DNA of 63,714 bases, counting the filler, from Octopus bimaculoides (lineage: Eukaryota): the NCBI RefSeq assembly GCF_001194135.2. It is 5 parts of 5 records of this genome, joined end to end, with 100 filler letters (N's around TTAATTAATTAA, not from the genome) between each part and the next. Parts side by side here need not be neighbours in the genome. Positions count along the whole stretch, not along the records: positions 11,675 to 41,978 come from NC_068997.1; 4 more parts are not named here. One strand, given 5' to 3'. The notes below the pieces were generated by a model. The model saw only the letters and a program-made list of their open reading frames with translations. It ran no database searches and was not told the DNA's origin. Position numbers and translations under genes: made by a program. Of this stretch, positions 24,240 to 38,170 are shown piece after piece. Position 1 is the stretch's first letter. Each line of letters begins with the position of its first letter.

Positions 24240-24916
24240 GGATCTAGTTCAAAACGGGGGGGGNNNNNNNNNNNNNNNNNNNNNNNNNNNNNNNNNNNNN
24301 NNNNNNNNNNNNNNNNNNNNNNNNNNNNNNNNNNNNNNNNNNNNNNNNNNNNNNNNNNNNNNNNNNNNNNNNNNNNNNNNNNNNNNNNNNNNNNNNNNNN
24401 NNNNNNNNNNNNNNNNNNNNNNNNNNNNNNNNNNNNNNNNNNNNNNNNNNNNNNNNNNNNNNNNNNNNNNNNNNNNNNNNNNNNNNNNNNNNNNNNNNNN
24501 NNNNNNNNNNNNNNNNNNNNNNNNNNNNNNNNNNNNNNNNNNNNNNNNNNNNNNNNNNNNNNNNNNNNNNNNNNNNNNNNNNNNNNNNNNNNNNNNNNNN
24601 NNNNNNNNNNNNNNNNNNNNNNNNNNNNNNNNNNNNNNNNNNNNNNGACAAGGAAATAATAATTTTATCACCGCCAGAATCGTTTGAGAATCGTTTGTTT
24701 ACGTAGTCAGCACTTACTGTATTCGGCTGAATGGACGTCAGTCATTGGTTGAAATTACAGAAATACGACAACTTTAACATGAAATTAGTTGCAATATAAT
24801 AATTTTTCTTAAGAAGACTAAGAGAAAAAGATGTTTTATATGACATTCTACCAGTGTCCCAAGTTTCAAAGTGTTTCGTTAAGAAAATACTGGTGCCCCC
24901 GTTTTGAACTAGATCC
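24240..24916. mobile_element. MITE with 21-bp perfect TIRs and 8-bp TSD (Merlin-like by GG termini)
   Basis: TIR GGATCTAGTTCAAAACGGGGG / CCCCCGTTTTGAACTAGATCC. TSD GTGGCTGC at 24232-24239 and 24917-24924. There is an internal N gap. Confidence 0.82.
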
Positions 24917-25353
24917 GTGGCTGCTGCCAGTACCATTACTGCTGTTGCTGCCGTTGTCGCTACTGCTGTTGATGTTATTGCTGTTGATGGTGTTGATGAG
25001 CTGCGATTAGCATCATTATTGTTGTACTAATTAAAAAAAAAAAAGACATAGCCGCCACTTGCAAGTGAGTATGAGCTGGTAACATATACCATGCTTTCGC
25101 TAACTGTTTTACATCTCTGTGTAGTCACGAGCAGTCATCCACACCCTCTCGACCCTTTCACCCATGAACAGCGGAACGTCGGACATGTGACATCTGGAGG
25201 AGAGAGAAAGAAGTGGGGAGGGTGTACCAGTCCCGGTCAGTTTGTCATTTTCGGTTGAATATTTAAGAATGATTTGAAGTGTCTGTGGGATGGGCGGCTT
25301 GCTGAGAGACATAATGTGCTGGCCGAGCAGGAATCGAAACTAGGACGCAACGA

Positions 25354-25864
25354 TCATGAACCTAACACCTGTAGAATACAAATCAATAAATGACAGTGTT
25401 GGCCAATGTCTACATTGGATAATGTGTCGACATTATAAAATCAAAACTGCTGACAAATGGTATAAGCACCACCCTGAGGCTGTAACTGAGGGAGAAAATG
25501 TAACGATTCTTTGGGACTATCAGCATGTACAGACTAGACTATCAAAGTAAATGAACCAGATATTATTGTGAAAGACCAAAACAATAAAGTCTGTTTATTG
25601 ATTCACATGAGCATACCCTGTGACCATAATAACTCGGCAAAAAGAATTTGGCAGGCTCAGAAAATATAAAGATTTGCAAATCGAAATCGAAAAGATGTGG
25701 CATCTCAAGACTTACAATACCAGTGATTGTAGGAACATCTGGAATTATCAAAGAAGGAACTGAAAATTATTTAAGAATGATCCCTGGCTTACCATCCATG
25801 AGAGAAGTGCAAAAGATTGTCTTAACTGGTACTTCACACCTACTGAGAAGAGCATTGTTACTAG
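25354..25864 (+). mobile_element. R4/Dong-type non-LTR C-terminal endonuclease fragment
   Basis: LHW.MCRHY.I...KWYKHHPE.V.E.ENVTILWD...PDIIVKD...C.LI..SIP.D...KYKDL.IEIEKMW.LKT..IPVIVG..GII, across frameshifts. Confidence 0.9.
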
Positions 25865-26449
25865 GAATTTTCTTTCCTTTTTGCCCCTTTATTTTCTTAG
25901 ATTAGTTTTAGATATCTGTGTACGCACGTGTCTGTGTATTCGCGCGCGCGTGTGCAGAGTCGTTAGTATGTTCTCGTTACTGAAAGACAATCGTATTCTG
26001 AATCAGTGTGAGACACGCACTGTGATTCCTTGAGATAAGACTTGTAGCAGGGCAGGAACAGTATGGCAGTGTGTCATACTGTGTGTCTTTCCCTTCTATT
26101 TATAAACTATTCCTTCAGATATATAAAATAGCAAACGACTCTCCTAAAATATATGACATCACCAGTTAAACTCACAGAGAATAGTCTCCATCTCGTTTTA
26201 TCTTTAAGAGGTCTATATTCTCCACCGTTTAGATATCAAGATTACATTCCTAACATCTGGGAAGGTTTGAATTGCTCGCAACACCTCATAAACTGGATAC
26301 TGAGTAATGACGATGGGGGACAACGGTTGAAGCGTTGTGAAGCAAGAGGGGTTAGTAGGGGTTAACTTGTAGAAACCTTTGGTCATGCAGTGGCAGAGTT
26401 AATTGTCCAACGAAACTGTTCTATGTGTCCGGTCTATGGTGGGGGTTGA

Positions 26450-28476
26450 CATTGCCACAATGATGATGACGATGATGATGATGATGATGATGATGACGAT
26501 GATGATGATGATAATGAGGATGATGATGATGATGACGACGATGATGATGATGACGACGATGACGATGAAGATGATGATGATGATGATGATAATAAATATG
26601 GCAGCTGCTGCTAATGATAATGATAATGATTATAATTTCTATTTATTAACGATAATGACTGCGGTGGTGGTGGTAACGACGATGATGGTGATGACGATGA
26701 CAATGATGATGATGATAATGATGGTAATGCTGCTGATGCTGCTACTGCTGCTAGTGTCGCTGCTGCTGCGGATGATGCTGGCGATGATGATGATGATGAC
26801 GATGATGACAGTGACTGTAAGTAAATGTTTGAGCGTATGAGGAGTACAATTCACACAACAAAAGTAGATATAGCGGTGGTTGTGGCGGTGGATGTGGTGG
26901 TGGTGGTGGTGGTGGTGGTGGTGGTGGTGGTGGTGGTGTAGGGGGTGCCAGTTGGCATGAGGGGGGTTGTCAGGCAGCAAGTGTAGGGTGGGGGAGTCAG
27001 AATGATTGATGATGATAGTTGTGTTGATTGATCGGGATAACGATGTTTTGCTATTGTTGTTGCTATTGTTAGTGCTGCTGATAACGCTGATCATGATGAC
27101 GATGGTGATGGTGAGGAGGAGAAGGAGGAGGGATAGGAGGAGGGAGATGGTGGTGGTGGTGGTGGTGCTGATGATGATGATGATTGATGGAGTTCCAGTT
27201 CATGATTCTGATGTTTATAACCATGATGATGGTGATGATGATGATGATGAGGAGGATGAGGATAAGGATGATGATGACGATAATGACGATGATGATGATC
27301 ATCATCATCATCACGGTGACGACGTTAGCAGTGATGGTGGCGGTGGTGGTGATGATGTACGATGATGAATAGAAAGGGGGGGAGAAGGAGAAGAGGGGAG
27401 AGCTATAACTAAGATGACGCGGGTAATTACTGGTTGATGGCTGTTTGGTAGCGGTCATCATGATGGTCACAATGCTGTTGATGACGACGATGATGATAAT
27501 GATGAGGATGATGATGATGACGACGACGACGACGATGGTGATGATGATGATGATGATGAGTAAGAGTATGAGGAGAATGACGAAGTGGAGGAGGAAGAGG
27601 AGGGAGAAGAGAGTTGTGTTGGTGGGGATTACGGTGACTGTGATGATGTAGCAACGGATGCGAAATATTGCGGTCGTCAGCGTTGTGAGAATCTTGAAGG
27701 TGGTTGTGGCTGATGATGATGATGGTGACGACGGCGAAGATGATGTGGAGGAGGAGGAGGAGGAGGAGGAGGAAGAAGAAGAGAACGACGATGTTGAGAA
27801 TGACTACCTTTGTCTAATGGCATATGCTCGTCCTTGTCTGCCAAAGAGCATGACCTCCATCTATATCTAAAACAAACCACCGCTACCACCCACCATTACC
27901 ACAACCACCACTACCACCACTACAATTACAAAGGACCCATCAAAAAAGAACTAGCGTTACTACCACCAACCCAACTACCCCCCCCCCACCGCTTCTGCCA
28001 GAATGACCACTTCTACCAGAAACAGTAACTCTAAAAAAACCTCCCACCAAAACCACCACCACCACCACCACGACCGACAACCTCATCATTATCGAAACCG
28101 CCATCCGCATTATCATTATCAGCAGCAGCAGCAGCAGCAGCAACATCTTCATAATCATTGTTGTTGTCGTCGTCGTCGTCGTCGTCGTCGTCACCATAAT
28201 CATGATAATCATCATCATAATCATCAACTTCATCATCCCCAATCATCATCATCGTCTTTATCATCTTCATCATCATCATCCTCATTACCATCATCATCAT
28301 CATCATCATCATCATCGTCATCGTCATCATCACCATCATCATCATCATCATCATCATCATTATCATCATCATCATCATCATCATCCTCATCCTCATCGTC
28401 ATCATCACCATCATCATCATCATTTTCAACATCACCATCATCATCGTGGTCGTCATCCTCATCATCATTATCAATA

Positions 28477-28521
<45 letters not shown>

Positions 28522-28584
28522 TCATCATCCTCATCATCATTATCATCCCCATCATCGTCGTCGTCGTCACACTCATAATCATCG

Positions 28585-28615
<31 letters not shown>

Positions 28616-28920
28616 CATCACCAATACTATGCCCCCACCCCCACCACTGCCCTTACTACTACCACTACCAGCAGAGTCATCACAGCCATTATCATCATCA
28701 TGGATATTAACCGTAAACATTATCAGCACCCTGACCTACACTATCACAACCGCCACCACCACAATAACCATATGCGCCGTCATTATCAAGAGTGGCAGCA
28801 GCAGCAGCACACTCGCCACCACCACCACCATCACCACCAACACCAGTTTACACTATACCTCCTTCACCAGCATCGAAGTGATTACAATAATAATGAAATA
28901 ATATTAATTAACAACCAGCT
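26450..28920. repeat. Compound degenerate trinucleotide microsatellite: (GAT/GGT)n block followed by (CAT/CAC)n block
   Basis: Direct inspection. It produces the poly-M/D/H/S ORFs in all frames. Confidence 0.95.
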
Positions 28921-28984
28921 TTGATGCAATGCTTCCAAAAACAGCAAAAAATTTACTGTTCATAATACGAACAACAATAATTAA

Positions 28985-29192
28985 TTATGGTTTCAAATTT
29001 TTGTACAAGGCTTACAATTTCGAGGCAAGGCGATTACATCGACCCCAGTACGCAACTGGTACTTATTTTATCGACACCGAAAGGTTGAAAGGCAAAGTTG
29101 ACCTCCACGGAGTTTGAACTCAGAACGTTCAAAGTCGGACGACGAAATAACCGCTAAGCATTTTGCTAACGATTCTACCAGCTCACCGCCTT
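28985..29192 (-). mobile_element. SINE (GGCGGTGAGCTGGTAGAATCGTTAGC family), minus strand
   Basis: The reverse complement matches 59903-60122 along its length. Confidence 0.85.
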
Positions 29193-29228
29193 TATATAAG
29201 GATAATGATGATGATGATAATAATAATA

Positions 29229-29269
<41 letters not shown>

Positions 29270-29287
29270 ATTGATGCTGTTGCTGCT

Positions 29288-29374
<87 letters not shown>

Positions 29375-29689
29375 TTCTCCTTTTCTCCTTTTCTTATACC
29401 TAACGATTTGTTGACTTCTCAGCCAATTCCCTCTGGACGTTATGGTTCTTAACTTACCAAAATACAAACTTCCAAACTAATTCAGTGAGTTTCAGTTAGT
29501 CATTGGAAATGCGTGTGTATGTGTGTGTGTATGTATGTGTGTGTGTATGTATGTGTGTGTGTATGTATGTGTGTGTATGTATGTGTGTGTATGTGTGTGT
29601 GTATGTATGTGTGTGTGTAAATATATGCGTATGTTTTGTATTTTAATTTCACGAATGCGCATTGTTTGTTTTTGATTTTGTTGACTACA

Positions 29690-30459
29690 CAGTATAGTAG
29701 GGTCACTTGGGCATCATCTTTCAGAAAAATAGCACCATGATGCAATTCATACTACCAGAAATTTGGAAACGACACGCTGTACTGCTTGGCATTTGCACTA
29801 GAAGCTCCCGTACGAACATTTCAGAGTGTTTCGGTGTCAGTCTGAGGAGAGTGCAATCTGGGGACATGTACTGAGAGTGAGAAAAGTCAAACATCCAGTC
29901 AATATCTTGGTCTCTAGAGTGATGGCGACGTCATGCCTCATTCATCTTCCCATACGGCCTCACACTTAATACGGAGGCCTACATCAAGTGCCTGGAGGAG
30001 GTAGTGCTTCCCTGGGTCGAGAGGGTGACTGCTGTCAGACCCTATGTCTGGCAACAGGACACTGCACCATGCCACACAAGCAGGAGAACTCAAGTCATAG
30101 CTGTCAGACAATTTCTGCGACCACATCACCCCTAACATCTGTCCACCTAACCTCCCCACACTGCAACCCCATTGATTATTATATATGGGGTGCATTTGAG
30201 CGAGAGACCAACAAAACTCCTTGTAACACCAAAGAGGAACTGAAGGCAAGGATTATGGCAGCATTCACCAACTCAAACAAGGAGATTCCGAAGTCGCTTG
30301 AAGGCTGTGGTTGAAGCCAATGGCGATTTTATTGAATAAATTTACTCTTTAGTATTTCAAGATATTTTTATGTAATTTTTGTAAATATATCTGTTAAAAT
30401 GAGATGTCAGTGTTACTTTCATTTTTGCATAATTTAGACAGTTTATTCACCGCACCCTG
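29690..30459 (+). mobile_element. Internally deleted maT-type (DD37D) Tc1/mariner transposon
   Basis: HTH start MMQFILPEIWKRHAVLLG...ISECFGVSLRRVQ at 29737. The catalytic region WQQDTAPCH...PPNSP.CNPIDYYIWG has 37 residues between the two D after removing two +1 insertions (30058 to 30174). The 3' TIR ...caccgcaccctg is followed by TA (30460-61). Confidence 0.88.
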
Positions 30460-31187
30460 TATGTATGTGTGTATGTATGTGTGTGTGTATGTATGTATGT
30501 ATGTATGTATGTATATTTATATATATAGGCACAGACACATATATAGATATACATTGAAATTTAATACATATAAGAATTTAATATTGCTAACCTAACTGTA
30601 ATAATGCTTTTCACGAGAATATATTATTCGTTTTGGAGAGAAAAAATAAACCATTACTAGTTATGTATATAAATATCATTATTGGCTTTTCTTCATTTCA
30701 CTTGTCATTTATTAAAGCTAACCAACCGCCTGCTTGTTGCTTAACCAATTCCCTGTGGGTGTCAGGCTTTTTAATTTTACCGAAAATCTGTGACATGAGA
30801 AACAGTTCAAAGATGGTCGTTTGTTTTGAAAACGCCTCTACAGAATTATAGACAGAAAAAGAAAGAGTAAACACACACGATAAGAAAAACAAATCTGGTG
30901 TTTACTAATATACATATATACATANNNNNNNNNNNNNNNNNNNNNNNNNNNNNNNNNNNNNNNNNNNNNNNNNNNNNNNNNNNNNNNNNNNNNNNNNNNN
31001 NNNNNNNNNNNNNNNNNNNNNNNNNNNNNNNNNNNNNNNNNNNNNNNNNNNNNNNNNNNNNNNNNNNNNNNNNNNNNNNNNNNNNNNNNNNNNNNNNNNN
31101 NNNNNNNNNNNNNNNNNNNNNNNNNNNNNNNNNNNNNNNNNNNNNNNNNNNNNNNNNNNNNNNNNNNNNNNNNNNNNNNNNNNNNNN

Positions 31188-31252
<65 letters not shown>

Positions 31253-31413
31253 CATGTATATATACATGTATGAATGTACACCACGAAGGTTCCGGTTGAC
31301 CCGATCAACAGAACAGCCAGATCGTGAAACGTGACAATGACAAAGCTGGCCCTTTGAATGACGGGTACTACTCCTTTTTGTTCACCGTGTGAACTGGAAC
31401 TACGTGAAATGAA

Positions 31414-31448
<35 letters not shown>

Positions 31449-32109
31449 TGTATATATACATATATATGCATATATTTACATGTATATGTATATTAGCGTG
31501 CGTTTGTGTGTATGTTACTGTGTGTGTCTTTGCCTTCATTTGTTCGACTCAAACCTTGAAGGTGCTCCTCCAGCTATACTGACTGTTACTGCCTTGTGCC
31601 TCATAGACAATTGAATCAACTTTACCGGTTTTAACTTCAGCGATTGATGTTCTTTATATTTTATCATCCTCGAAAGTACGAAAGACACAATTACTTTGAA
31701 TTGAGAACAGAAAAGAATGTCATTGACGAACGACCCTTCGAAACTTAAGCTTACATGTAGCCTAGTAAGACTTTTATTAAATAATGTAACTCCAAGAGAA
31801 TGTATTTCTTTCGTTTGTATCTTCACTCTTGTGTGTCTGTGTCTGTGTGTGCGTATGTGTGTGGATATACGCATATATATAGATATAGATATATAGATAT
31901 ATGTATAATGATAATTAACTAACCAGAAGATGCATTTGGTATTAATCTTTTTGTACAATTATTGTTTCAATCCATCCTGCTACTGTCTCTTATGAGTGGG
32001 AGTCCGCTGAACATGTGTTGCATTCATTTTGCAGTCAGGGTCACGTCAAGTACATCCATAAATAAAGTGGTATCTTGCTAAAGATCCTGAGTTTAGGCTG
32101 TCATGTTGT

Positions 32110-32169
<60 letters not shown>

Positions 32170-32443
32170 NNNNNNNNNNNNNNNNNNNNNNNNNNNNNNN
32201 NNNNNNNNNNNNNNNNNNNNNNNNNNNNNNNNNNNNNNNNNNNNNNNNNNNNNNNNNNNNNNNNNNNNNNNNNNNNNNNNNNNNNNNNNNNNNNNNNNNN
32301 NNNNNNNNNNNNNNNNNNNNNNNNNNNNNNNNNNNNNNNNNNNNNNNNNNNNNNNNNNNNNNNNNNNNNNNNNNNNNNNNNNNNNNNNNNNNNNNNNNNN
32401 NNNNNNNNNNNNNNNNNNNNNNNNNNNNNNNNNNNNNNNNNNN

Positions 32444-32507
<64 letters not shown>

Positions 32508-33613
32508 CATGCATACATACATACATACATACATGCATACATACATACATATGGGTGTATGAATATATATATATACACTTATATGAATATGTATGTGTGT
32601 ATATATATACACATAAACATACGTGAGTATTATATGAATCTACATGTTGGAGTATGTATTAATATATTTGTGTACGTGTATGAATGTATCAGAAGACGAA
32701 AATAACACAACACACACACACACACATACATACATACATACATACATACATACATACATGCATACATACATACATACATACTTACACACACACACACACA
32801 TATATATATGCATGTATGTATGTATGTATACATATATTCACGCAGACACACACTCATATATACATAAATACATATATAGGCTTACAAAAGCACAGGCGTT
32901 TGTTTGTATATCATTATTTGGAATTTTGTTATTGGAAAGAAACCCACTGAACTGCTTTCTAGTTGCTCAACCAATTCCCCTTGGATGTGGTTCTTAGTTT
33001 TACCAAAACATGAAAAATACGATTCACCTCAGAGAATCTAAGTTGCTTTTCGGAAGAAGTATGAGCTTCCAAACCAAAACCAATACAAACAAAAAAAAAA
33101 GCTAATAACAACAAACAAACAAATATATATAGAGAATTAATATTTGAACCAAAATTTGGGGTAGAACTTGTTGCTTTGGTAACGAACGTCGTTGAATCTT
33201 GGTAAAAAAAAAAAAATAAAATATATTGAAATGAGTCTGAGTTAAACGGGTAGTTGAAGGTGGAGAGGTGAGTGTTAGGAAGGTGGGGAGGTTAATGTTA
33301 TACTGGTGGTGATGGTGGTGCTGCTGGTGTTGGGGTGGGGTTACGGCTAGAATGACATTGATTGAAATGTAATTAATGACAACGGTAAAAGGTTATTGGA
33401 GCAGATAATGGAACCAGAAAGAAAATAAGTAAAATAAAATAAAATGAAAAATAAATCAATGACAATGATGACGACGACCACTGCGACGTCGAGATGACGA
33501 CGGTTAGCAAATGGAGAGAAAACGGAAAATATATTTGGAAAAGTGAAAATGGTGGTTGGACTGACAAAACCGATGTCACATAGATTGGGTTTCTCTTGTG
33601 CTCTTTGGAAGAA

Positions 33614-33668
<55 letters not shown>

Positions 33669-33758
33669 CATGCATGCATACAGACAGACAGAACAGAGAA
33701 AGACAGGCAGACAGATAGATAGACGGACATCAGACAGACAGACGAACAGGGAGATAGG

Positions 33759-33818
<60 letters not shown>

Positions 33819-35329
33819 TGAAATCTATCTATATTTATACGGCGTAAACGAATAAATAATAGGCAAATAGATTGCTTGGATTTCGATATTCATTCACAAT
33901 TTAGGGAATCGATTTCTTTACGCTCCCTATATCATATTTAATCAATCAATTTTGGACATAGCACTGAGGATAAGACCGTTCCCTCTTATTCTACATTTTG
34001 TGGTCGTTTGACCTGCTCGAAAACAGCAGTTAATCACCATGAAATCATGCACTACTGTCTTAAATGTGAATAATATTTTGCTTTTGTTTTGTTCTTTTAT
34101 CCAAGATTAAAACATCTTTCTGACTGTGGATTTCACTGAAGTTTTCATTCGTAGACAGATTTATGTGTAGGAATTTATTTATGTCAGGGACGTGCCGCCT
34201 AGGTAGGCAATGTAAGCAGTGCCTACTCTGAATAAAATGGATCGATAATATTTTGCTTTTTTTTGGCAAAATATGCACCTGATTCAATAAAACTATGAAG
34301 GTTACTCTGATTACTATGCACAAAATACAAAATATTTTATTTTTTTTTGTAGATTAGGTAGGCATAATTTGCCCCTGCCTTTCAATCTCAGTATTAAAGC
34401 TACGCATAGAATTGTTGTGAAACACGTGCTGCGTACATTCCTACAACAACGTTTTCTTTACGCGCTATAAAGGCAGAAGTAAATTTACACCTGTTTTTCG
34501 TTTATTTTTGTGTGTGCTTTACTACATAAACGTTACCAACTGCCTACTCTGAGAAATTATATATATGGTAGTGGTGGTGGTGGTGGTGGTGATGGTGGTG
34601 ATGATGATGCTGGTGGTGATATCAGTAATATTTTCGATGCTGATAGTAGTGGTGATGGTGGTGGGGATGATGATGATGATGATGCTGGTGGTAATATCAG
34701 TAATATTTTCGATGGTGCTAGTGGTGGTGGTGGTGGTGGTGGTAGTGTTAGGGACATTGGCTATAGTCGTTACAGTTATTATTGCTGTGTCGGTGTGGTG
34801 TGGCGTAGTAAGCTCTGGTGACGGGTATGGGTAAAAATATTGTTAGGGGCCTGGATATCGGCAAGGGACGAGGGTAGAAGTTTAGCTACTATGGCGAAAG
34901 AAATATTAAAAAAATTAAAAAAATAAAAAAAGAGAAGGATTTCGATATTTCCAGTGTGTCGTTACTCTGGTCGGGTGAAGGGTGTGGTCCACTGACAGTG
35001 ATGGAGTAGCCAAGAGATGTGTGGGATACAGACTCCGTTGCTAAAGATGGTCAAAACGGCGCCCAACTTAAGCTGTTCCAACCGATCCAGACATTTTGTA
35101 GCCGCAACCGTCCCGTTCTTTGCCATATTTCCATCCTTCTATCTCCTTACACACATGCAAACGCTTATATGACTACACAGACACACACACACACACATAT
35201 ATATACATATATACATACATATACATACATGCATATATATATATATATATGCATACGCACATACATCTATATAGAAAGTGATATATATATATGTATATAT
35301 ATACACACACACAAACATATATGCATATA

Positions 35330-35370
<41 letters not shown>

Positions 35371-35393
35371 GTATATATATATATATATATTTT

Positions 35394-35481
<88 letters not shown>

Positions 35482-36270
35482 TATATGTATATATGCGTGT
35501 GTGTGTATATATATATATAAATATATATATACATATGCAAGGTTATTCCCAGTTCAAATATGCTTCTAGCATATTCGAACCTGTAAGAAAGCCATAAATT
35601 GTGTTTCGTCACTGGGAAACATTCTCCAAATTTTCTCCATCACAAAACACAGTGAAGGACTATCCTACGAGTTCGAATTCGAATATACACCAAACGCATA
35701 ATAAAATTTGACTAGAGCTGATAAAGTGTTTTAAATATATTATTTTGCTATCTATCCATAGCGTATTATTATAATAACATGTATTTTTTTAATATCAAAG
35801 AATGAATGGGATATTTCTTATTTCGCCATGGTTTTTTTTAAGTATTGTTTCTGGTATTAAAAAAAAAAACTAATGCGCTAAGATGTATTTAAGTTAAAAT
35901 ACTTAATAGTATACAAATATATTTTATGACCGTTATGTTAGTTTATTTTTCATATTTTATTTTTTTAAATTTTTATCTTTGCTTTTGTTTTGAAATATTA
36001 ACGCTCACGTTTGAAAGCATATATATTTAAATTCAGTCTTTTCTTGGATCTGTAAATTCTCATATATCAAACATTACATTGAAGAGGTTCTTACCCATAA
36101 ATAATGAATTTTCATAATATTAGTATGGGTAAGAATCGAAACAATTGTATGTAATTTCTATTTAATATTTATTATTATTTATTATATCATTATAAGTATA
36201 TATTGTAATATATAATATTATGTTAATAAATTTTAATTTTTGACTTAACAATTGTATACCACCATTTTCT

Positions 36271-36312
<42 letters not shown>

Positions 36313-36487
36313 CAGCTTACCTTGCTGTACTGATATGACTGAATGGCTCCCTTAACTAGAATTAAGAGTAAGGCGTGCGGGGATGTAGGCAAAAAGCATC
36401 CAGATATTCCCCTGTCGAATCAACGCAGCTTTGCACTGCAGGAGGTCGCGTTTATTTCGAGCGCTACCCGGGTCGTATCATCTCCAG

Positions 36488-36532
36488 TCGGCAGCTGATG
36501 AGGGGAAGGGATCTTGCATTTCGAACTGCATT
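36488..36532 (+). ncRNA. Degenerate hammerhead-like motif
   Basis: CTGATGA (36495-36501), imperfect stem GGAA...TTTC, then GAAC instead of GAAA. Confidence 0.3.
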
Positions 36533-37930
36533 GTTCTATTGTTTTCCTCCTTTACGATAGTATCATTCATTGGACTATGGTTATTCTGAAGCACCGCCCT
36601 AAATGGTTGCAGTCGGTTGTATCCATTATGTGTTTAAACATAATAATTAGGTCTTTGGAATCTATCTATCTATCGAACAAGCTAGTTACTATTTTGACAC
36701 AACTGGATGTAACACTACACCAGACTAAGCTCACAGAAATGCATAGACAAACACATTTGTGTGTGTATGCTTGTGTGTCTACATTTACTACGGCCACAAC
36801 GGTAGCTAACCAAGTATAACAGAAATATAACGACATAAGAGAGAGAAATATGGCTCACATTTCGTAGCTCGCGCCATCCTTAAACTTAGTAAACTCTTAA
36901 ATACTTTTCACGTATCAAGTTAAGGCTGTAATGTTGATATTTTCCAAAATGGAGCCTGATCTGTTGCTACTCTTCCCATTTTATCTTTATCTTGTGACAT
37001 TTGAAACCGACTCTCCGTATATGAATCCGATTTCCAATTTATATGTTTATGTACATATCTAGAAATGTGTGTGTACGTGAGTGTGTGTGTATAAGTAAGT
37101 ATACATATGTGTATGTGTACATATATGTATGGATGCATATATATATGCGCGCGTGTGTGCGTGTATGCAATAATAATAACGATATATATATATATATATA
37201 TATATATGTATAGATGGGCATCGCGTCAGTCGGTCACCATGGTAATCACTAAATGTAACAGACTCACTTCCTGCTCGTTCGTTCATTCTTCACAGCCGAA
37301 TTACTCATATAACAACGTAGACACGCCACATATATCTTTCCATGTACATACACACACACTCACACGCACACACAAATATACATATACAGGTACATATATA
37401 CATGCAAAATCCTACCAAGAGTGTATATGAGGGGCAGATGGGGGTGAAGTTAGTGCCTAAGACTACGGTGGATCAGTACAAAACACTACATCACACGGCT
37501 TGTCTCATGCATGATGTAGCTGGGACTTCCGTCTAAACGTCACCGCGATCGCACTTACAAGGAACAACAGCAGCAGCAGCAGCAGCAGCAACAACAACTA
37601 TGATGACTACGGTGGCAACAACAGCTACAACAACTGCGATGGCACAGACCCGAAAATAGCTTAGAACAGCAAAGCGGAAGTAAAGGAAAATAATTAAGAA
37701 ACGTGGAAGTAGCTGAATGTGTGTGGGAGGGGGAGGAGTTTGAAGGATGCAGTGTTTTTTTGTTTTCGTGCTAATTGGTAGTAATACCTATGTTCAAAGA
37801 TCAGCTTTGATCAGCTTGCCATTTTATGCATACATACATACATACATACATACATACATACACATATATGTGTGTCTGTGTATACACGTATATTAGTGGT
37901 GTTATATCCTTACCAAAATCGACAAGTACA

Positions 37931-37982
<52 letters not shown>

Positions 37983-38134
37983 TTTGAGAATTATCCGGTC
38001 TTAATAGACACATGACATGTAATCTTCTTCTAGCACATTGGCAGTCCACCGAGTGAGCTCCTTTATATATATTTATATATATATATACATGTGTTATTGG
38101 TTATTTCTTTTCCTTCTTTAGACTTTTCCCTTAC

Positions 38135-38170
38135 GCTTTTCCGACGAAGAGATATGCTCGAAACGTTAAA
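38135..38170 (+). ncRNA. Minimal hammerhead-like motif with U4C core change
   Basis: CCGACGA-A-GAG(ATATG)CTC-GAAA-CGTT, with palindromic AACGTT stem III and TTT/AAA stem I. It abuts a gap. Confidence 0.45.

Noticed and set aside
28003-28924. Long His/Ser/Met-rich ORFs, and all YI/CV/HT/RE/poly-X ORFs in the track
   Set aside because: They are products of stop-free microsatellites or N runs, open in several frames on both strands.
34600-34740. 75-bp-period tandem duplication (atcagtaatattttcgatg twice), and a 17-bp duplication at 1068-1101
   Set aside because: These are ordinary slippage duplications in low-complexity DNA.
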